From a virus (Duplodnaviria; Caudoviricetes), in the IMG/VR virus record IMGVR_UViG_3300001525_000075, positions 15,144-79,143 of that record: a stretch of DNA of 64,000 nucleotides, one strand, 5' to 3'. The position numbers and the translations under genes are program-made. The notes under the pieces were generated by a model. The model worked only from the letters and a program-made list of their open reading frames with translations. It was not told the DNA's origin and did not search any database. This document shows positions 56,147 to 64,000 of this stretch, in pieces. Positions within the stretch are counted from its first letter, which is position 1; each line of letters starts with the position of its first letter.

Positions 56147-58053
56147 AAATACTATTCAGATAGCAAGGAGGCGCAATGCCTCCTTACCTTGCTTATAATC
56201 CGTTTGTTCCTCAATCAACAGGAACAGTGTAGACAACAACACAAACAACATAGACAACTAAATCTTCTGATTCTAATGAATTAAAAGATAAAGATTTATT
56301 AAATATGTTAAACGAAATAGACGGATTACCGAACGACATGTAGATTGTTATAAGTAATGTTCAAAATATGTATCAACTTTAGAGTTTAATTCCAGGCTCT
56401 TCCACTAATAAAAGTTTAGTGAATATGTATTTAGGATCATTATATAAAACTAAAGTTGCAGGATATAACAAAAAAGAATATGATAATGCTTATCAAATAG
56501 TTAAAAATAATAAAGGTTTATCTGAATTTGCAATAACAGATAGCGGATCTTTAGTTGTACAAGACAAAGAAACAGGACGATTTTCTACTATTAAGGTTCA
56601 AGAGTATTTAGCAAACCCCGAAGCATTTAATAGTTCTGTAGGTAAATATGCAGTTCAAACTAATTCAAATTTACTTTATTGGCGCGCTCATTCTAAAAAT
56701 CAAGCATTTAATAATGGAGTATTTTCTATTGTAGAAAATGGAATAGGTTTAGAAAAAGTTGCAGAACTAGTAAAAAATAATTTAGATAGTTTAGGTAAAT
56801 CTGAAAGATCAACTCCTTTCAGTGTTTATAGTAAAGATGGACAAATTGTAGCGGGTGCTGATATATTAAAATAGTTACAAAGTCAAGGTGTAAATGCTAC
56901 TATAGACGGATTATACGAAGGTAAAGTAATTACGGAAACTTAGAAAGAACAAGCTACAGCTGCTTTAAATTATCTGTATAATATTCTTCCTAAGAATGCT
57001 CAAACCTTATTACAAATAAAAGCAGGTAATACTGAAAATCCTGTATTAGGAGCAAAACAATTATTAAGTCAACTTATAGTATCAAAAGAGTCTAACAAAT
57101 TTAATATTGAATTTGATTACAAAGGATCTTATAATGCCGACGGTAGTAGAAAAACAGATTCTGACGGTAAGTCAGATTTTGATAAAACTAATTATAGTGC
57201 AGCTGCTCAATTTGTATTAGGAGTAGGTTATGCATCTCAATTTACATTTCAAGATGGAACTACAAACGGTATGTCTGTTTATAGTACCGAGATGCCCGTT
57301 ACTAAAAATAATCAACCTATAGGACGTTCTACTGTACAAGATTTAACTACTAGTGACTTTAGCGGTATACTTGATTTTCAACAAGTATCTATGGGTGGTT
57401 TAATGATTAGTCCTACAGGATTAACTAAGGTAATTACAGATGACGGCGCCGCACATTCAATTGATATGCCTATTGATACACAAGCTGCTTAGTCAGGAAC
57501 AATTAAACCCGATTTGAGATATTTTAAAAAGAAGGAACAAGCTGATAATTATATTAGAGAAAATAACATTAACGAGAAAGATTATGAAGCTATAAATAAA
57601 GTATATCAACAATATGGACTTCCTGTTAAATATAGTCAAGATGGAAAATTAAATACATCTGCTTATGCAAGATTTGCAGTATTTAATGGTGAAGCAGTTA
57701 ATACTGCATTTTCAACTAGTCAAGATTCAGATATAACGTTTAATGATTATTTGAAAGAATTATCAGAACAAGAAGAAACTAATGTTATAAATGATCTTAA
57801 AAAGATTGATAACAAATTTTCTTATGATTCTAAATCTTGGTGGGATAGTATTTCTCCATTTTGGAATGGACACGATAGTATTTATAAAGGAACTATTTGG
57901 ATTCCTGTTAAAGCACATATGCTAAATGCTATGGCTAGTTAGAGTGGAGGTCTTAGTTCGAATCAAATTAATACTCTTGAAGCTTTAGAATAGGCTAAAC
58001 AAAGAACCCCTGAATTATAGCAAAAATATAAAAACGGTAATGATTGGAAATAA
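56143..58053 (+). CDS. Putative cargo/ejection protein, 636 aa (TAG=Gln)
   Basis: MKILFRQQGG start; joins track ORFs 56419, 57271 and 57514; TAA at 58051. Confidence 0.65.
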
Positions 58054-61000
58054 TGAATAATAAAGACAATGATTTACTTCTAAATATGTTAACTAATCCT
58101 GATTTCACTTTAGGTGATTTTGAAACTATCGGTTTAAATGCTGATAATACAGGATTAGATACTCCAGATTATTATAAAAATAATTCTCATGTTCAAGAGA
58201 TTTTTAAAACACCTAATGGGAATTTCGACGAAGCTGCATTTAATAAAGCTTATAATGCAGCAGCTGCTGCGTATACTGTAATGTCTACTCAAACTTATGA
58301 TAAGATTGCATTACAGCAAGCTTCTTTCCATAGAGATAATGTATTAGCCGCTCCTGAACAAAGACGTAAAGGTCCTGATGTTACTCTAGTTACTTTACCT
58401 AATCCTATGAAACAACAATCTAGTATTATAACATTAGGTAAAACTGGAGCACCTACAATGTCTATAGATGAAATTGCATAGACACAAAAAGTTTGGGATC
58501 CTACTACAGCAACTTGGCATGATTCTCCTAATGATTCGTTCTTTACTGACTTTTTTGATACTAGAGTATTAGCTCAATGGGACGAAGCAGGTGAACATAA
58601 AGATCCTATTACAGGAGAAATGGTACATCATGAAAAATACGAACCAAAATTAAACGATCAAGGTTATTATTATTACGAAAATTTAGCAGGTCGTGATATT
58701 TATGGTAGAAGAGTATTAAATAAAATGAATACTCTTACGACTGATGGTTCATTTTGGAATAAATATGACTTCTTTGACTCTGACGATATACAGCAAAAAA
58801 GTATAGGCGGAACATTATTAAAGAATCTTGCTTTAGTAGGATCTATGTTTATTCCTTATGTTGGACCTTGGATTGCAGCAGTTAGTGTCGGCACTCAATC
58901 TTTAGGATTTTTAGCTACATTGGGTAAAATGGCATTTGGTAGTGATTCTCCTAATTTATCTGCAATCGAAGGTTGGGTTAATTCTGTGAATAGACAAACT
59001 GCTAAAACGGATTATGCTCAATAGCATACTTGGTGTTGGGAAAACTTTATTAATCTTGTTGGAGATGTAGCAGGACAATTAAAAGAACAAAGATTTATTT
59101 TTGAAAAAACTCCAGCTTTATTTAAAGGAACTACAGGAACATCGTTAGCCAAACAAGAAAAATATCTAGCACAGATTGAAGCAGATTTAAATAAAAAAGC
59201 AGCATCTGAAGTAGATGGATTAATCAAGACTAAATCTAAAGAATTACTTGACAAAGGTAAAAATGTTGTATTTGATAAGAATAAAGCTTTAGCTGAATTA
59301 AGAATTGCAAATCATACAAAAGCTGTAGATGAACTTAATTCATATATGAAAGGATATAATAAATTAGGTTCGGTTTTATCTAAAGCTTATATGACAGGTA
59401 TTACAGTTAAAGATTCATATGGGGAAGCTAAACTTGCAGGTGCTACTGATTTAGAAGCTACTTTACTTGCGATGGGCTATGCAGCAGGAGAATATTGGAT
59501 TTTAAATACAGGTATAGGTGAACATATTTTACCTGAATTAAGAGCAGAAAAAGCACAAGTTCGCTCTATGATGAGAGCGTTACAAAAAGCTGCCGTAGGT
59601 GATGCAACACAAACTGCACAAACTGCTACTGAAAAATTAGGTATAGTTAAAAAGTTATTTAAAGCTGGAAGAGATATTGCAATTGAAGACTATACTACAG
59701 GAAAGAAGTTAATGCCTTCTATATTTGCACATGCTTTAGGTGAAGGTACTGAAGAAGTTTCTGAAGAATTACTTGCAGACTTTTCTAAATCTTGTTTTAA
59801 TGTAGCCCAATGGCTCCAAGGTGATGATACTAGAATGCACGCTTGGGAGAATATGGCAGATAGATATGGTATGTCATTCTTTGGGGGTTTAATTGGTGGT
59901 GGAATTAATGCACCTTTTGTTAGTTATAAAGCTATTAAATCAGGTGAAAATATGACCTACAATCAAGCTGTACAAGAAATGATTTATATGGTTCGTAATG
60001 GTAAAACTAATGACTTACATAAAGCAATTGATAAATATCACATTGCAGATAAAAATTTATCTGCAAATAAAACTATTACCGATACAGATGGGAATATAAT
60101 TCCTGCTCCTGCTGAAAAATATGAAGACAGTCAAGATTATGCAATTAAACAAGCAATGCATAAACAAGTTAAATTAATTGAAGACATATTAGAAGCAGAA
60201 GGTGCAAATATTAGTGATACGTCGTTTTTAAATAAACAAACTCTTAAAGATTTACGCTTTTCTAGTTTAACTAGATCTACAACTGCTGGAAGATTTTTAT
60301 AGGAATTTAATAATGTAAATTCTCAAATTATTAGTTTAACTCAAGAATTAAATAACATTAATCCTAATAGAACTGATAGAGAAAATCGTGCAGTTAGAGA
60401 TAGAGAATCTGAAGGTAGAGAAACCGCAGAAGATATTACAATAGAAAATAAACGTAAACGTTTAGAAGAACAATTAACTGAAGCACGAAAGAAAAAAGAT
60501 GATTTATTAAACGGAAATCGTTCTACTGAATTTATACAAGATTCATTATTTGAAATGATTCCTGCAATTAATCAACTTTTTACAAAACCTACTTTTATAC
60601 AATATGCTGAACATATTGAAAATAAAAAGATTGACGATATTCCTGAAGCAAGACAAAATGAATTAAAAGAAGAATATTCTTAGTGGAAAAATACTGAAGC
60701 TAAAGATCAAATTCATTTTATGTCAGAATTATTTACTTCTTTAGTAAGAGATAATAGTAATATGATTAATACTCATGTTGAAACTTTTAAAAATCAAACT
60801 AAAGAAGCTTTGGAATATGCTCAATTATTAAATAATTTATATTCAGAGTTAAACATGATTGCTCCTATTACAGAAGGAGATGTGTGGTAGGAGAATGTTT
60901 AGAATCAATTAGGAGATTCGATTAATAATATTAAAAAATTTCTTTCAGTAACAGCAGCCGAAAAAATATCTTCAATTGATAAAGATCACGCTACAAATTT

Positions 61001-64000
61001 AGAGAATTTAAAAAAGGATTATGACTCAGAAGTCAAAGTAAAAAATGAAGATTATAATAAAGCTGTTGAAATTATTAATAATGAACACGACAATAATATT
61101 AAATAGTACGAAAGTGATTCTACAATAACTCCTAAAGATTTAGAAGAGTATAAAGTAATAGAAGAACAAGAACGAAAACAAAAATTAAGTGATCTTGAAA
61201 ATAGTCACAATTAGGATATTCTTGAATTAAATGAAACTTATTTTGATAAATTATAGGATTTTATAAAATATCATAATGAAAATGTATTAGATACTTTAAC
61301 GGATCATTTAAATGATATTTTAGATCCAATTTTAAATCAAGGTTTTGTAAATTCTGAAGTAAGAAATAATTTATTAAATCTTATACAATCAAGTACTGCT
61401 AGATTAGAAAATAAAAGTAATGAATATTTTCTAACACATTAGGAAGATTTCATGGGTGTAAATAATCCATATCCAAAATTACAAAATGAATTATTTGCTA
61501 AAAGAAAACAATTAACAGAATTACCTCACTCTCCTATAGAAGAACAGTTAAATCAATTTTCTTTGTCTACTACAGGTAAACCTTTTAAAATTACTGAATT
61601 ATTCAATACTTTACAAACTTTATTGAATACTAAAAATTCCGATTTATCTGAATTCAATATAACAGGTGATATTAAAGATCAATTAGTAGAAGCTTTAAAT
61701 GTAGTAGAATTATATAAAGCTATTATAAATAGCGTAAAAACTGACAATGTTGGATTTGGAACAACTTTTAAATATAATAATGATGTAATTGATGGTTCTG
61801 ATATTTGGGGTTATAGTAAAACTTTAAATGAGATAAATGAAAAACAAGGTAATAAATCTTGGCAAAAATTAGCTGAAATTGATACAGATACAGCTAATTT
61901 ATTTCTACAAGATTTAGATTTACTTGCAAACAAATTACAGTTTTTCAAAACTTTGTATGCTATAAATCAAGGTCAGAAACTTAATTAGCAAAATAGAGTA
62001 GCACTTAATTTAAATTATAATACTTACAATAAAGTATCAAAAATGATTGTAACTATTCCAGATGATTGGGATGGTAAACAAGAATTAGATGCTAAAATTA
62101 AATCATTAGAAGATTTAAAAGATTTAGCTAAAGATAAGAATTTTAATTTAACTCCTGAACAAAAAGAAACTGTAGAAAGACAAAAACTTCAAATGGAAGA
62201 TGCTTTATATGATTTCTTCCAAAAGAATAAATCTAAATTAGAAAATGTTGATGAACTCAAAAAATTTATTAATCCTAAAAACTTTAATATGTTTACAAGA
62301 GAAACAACATTGCTTAATGAAGATACTACAGATATAGACGATAATTCATTTATTTGGTGGTTAGCTTCCCGAGCTGCAATAAAATCATCTCAATTCTACG
62401 GAATATTTAAAAATTCTATAAGTGAACAAATTGCACCTATTCCTACACAAGAAATGGCAGTATATTTAAACTATGCTAACATTGTAAATGGAAATGTGTT
62501 TAGCAAATTCGTAGAAACTTATGGTAAATCTATAGTTGAATATTTTGAATCATTAGATAAATCTGAACGTAATAAAATAATAAATAAATTAGGATTGAAA
62601 GTTAACGGTGTAGATTTAACCGAAGATGCTAATTTCTTATTATAGTTACAATTAAGTCCTTTATATAGTAATATTGTATTAACTGAAGGAATTCCTGGTT
62701 CAGGTAAAACTAATGGTGTATTTCAATCGTTAATTCATTTACTCAAAGCAAATCATTCTGAATTATTAGAAAATTCTATTCTTTGTCACGGAGCTAATGA
62801 AAATAGTGGAAATAAATTAAAAGATGATACTGATTTTTCAGAAGCTAAAATAATGAGTAGAGAAGCGTTATTAAAATATATAAGTAATGATTGGCATGAA
62901 TTTACAAAAGATTCAAACGGGATGTCTCAAGTAGAAGAAGCTGATTTTACTTATAACAATGGTGTAATCCATACTAATTGGAAAATTAATGCTTTAACTG
63001 ACGTACCTAAAATTATAATGATTGATGAAATTTCTAAATTTAATAATTTAGAAATGGATTTATTAAATAATTTTGCTAGAAAATATGGAGTTACAATTGT
63101 AACAGCAGGTGACTTTGATCAATCTACTGCTACGGGTGAATTTAAACTTACTTATAAAGGAAGAGAAATTCCGATGACCTTAGAATCTAGCAGATTAGAT
63201 TTTATTAGATCGATGAAGTTAGGAGTTAGTATGCGTACTACTAATTCTTAGAAAAATACTAATCTTGTTAATTTTTTAACTTTTATTGAAAGTAAAGGTA
63301 AACAAGATTTAAGATTACATTATTATCAAGATGAAAACGGTATTTATGGTGAAAAATATTATGGTGTTAATGCTTCAGAATTAAGTGATACTTTATTAAA
63401 ACAAGTATTACTTGATATTGATTTAATGATTTCAACTAATAAAGAAGCTAAAGTCGGGTACATTTATTATAGTAAGGATACTAAACTATACAAAGCTTTA
63501 TCTGATAGTAAATATTCTGATAAAATAGAATTATTTTATGGAGGTTCTGCACAAGGTCTTGAAGGTGAATATTATATTGTAGAAACAAATCCTACTGAAA
63601 CTAATCTTAAAGATTTATATACAGGCTTCACTAGATCTAAAAAAGGTTCAGTAATTATTGGAGCATCTCGATTAAATGATAAATAGGTTTTTAGCGTTCA
63701 AGACAAAATTACAACTGAAGAAGGATATTCACCTGAAGGTATTAAAAGATATGCTAATACTAGAAAAGAATTATTAGATAAAATTTTAACCGATACAGAG
63801 CCTATTACATATAATCCAAGAACTTCAGAAACAATTCCTGTCGATCCTCCTTCTAGTGAATCTGACGAAAAAGGATTAGATGATAATGTTACTCCACAAA
63901 GTAAACCTTCTGTAACTCCAACTACTGAATCAACTCCAACTACTGAAGAAACGGAAACTACTGAATCAACTCCAACTACTGAAGAAACGGAAAGTACTGA
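58053..64000 (+). CDS. Giant (>1980 aa, 3'-truncated) virion-associated protein with SF1 helicase-like domain (~62670-63670) (TAG=Gln)
   Basis: Track ORFs 58044, 58620, 59346, 61452, 62043, 62853 and 63426 are all frame 0. Motifs: EGIPGSGKT, IIMIDEIS, AGDFDQ, MRT, SAQGLEG, LYTGFTRSK. Confidence 0.7.
63921..64000 (+). repeat. 36-bp in-frame tandem repeat encoding TTESTPTTEETE
   Basis: Two perfect copies (63921-63956, 63957-63992) and the start of a third at the window edge. Confidence 0.9.

Noticed and set aside
6502-59254. Minus-strand ORFs in the track (e.g. 6502, 18766, 19084, 21625, 38961, 50891, 55018)
   Set aside because: All are shadows of long + strand genes, with no recognisable motifs.
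93-63686. Many short same-frame ORFs as pseudogenes or separate genes
   Set aside because: Breaks are almost all TAG, frames stay continuous and motifs span the breaks; recoding explains them.
1-64000. tRNA (including amber suppressor), rRNA, integrase, terminase, portal or lysis genes
   Set aside because: None recognisable by eye; intergenic gaps are short and AT-rich. A tRNA scan is still needed to exclude a suppressor.

Overview
A 64 kb, AT-rich, entirely + strand segment of the late/virion-gene module of a crAss-like phage (Crassvirales), most likely infecting a Bacteroidota host. TAG is read as a sense codon (Gln, code 15): the fragmented ORF track collapses into about 35 contiguous or overlapping genes ending in TAA/TGA. 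The order is: (1) head/tail accessory proteins, including a 1451-aa protein with a metallophosphoesterase domain next to a 2421-aa protein with a CotH-kinase-like domain; (2) a GT2 glycosyltransferase and a chain of fibre/receptor-binding proteins ending in the target of a diversity-generating retroelement (VR 22084-22196, TR 22344-22456, RT ~22662-23921); (3) a cassette of small conserved genes; (4) a putative scaffold and a major capsid protein gene split into 8 exons by 7 group I introns carrying LAGLIDADG or GIY-YIG endonucleases; (5) capsid accessory, tail ring, IHF-like and tail stabilization/muzzle-type genes; (6) cargo-type proteins, the last a >1980-aa protein with an SF1 helicase domain that runs off the window. 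The most unusual observations are: a DGR template repeat that looks adenine-depleted and already diversified; an apparent omega-A 3' splice site in MCP intron 6; two genes whose expected N-termini begin with ATC in an identical context; an orphan VR-like lectin domain inserted inside a fibre; head-to-tail motifs linking successive fibre genes; and a kinase/phosphoesterase gene pair. All translations, alignments and counts were done by eye. Family names are recalled motif matches, not database results.
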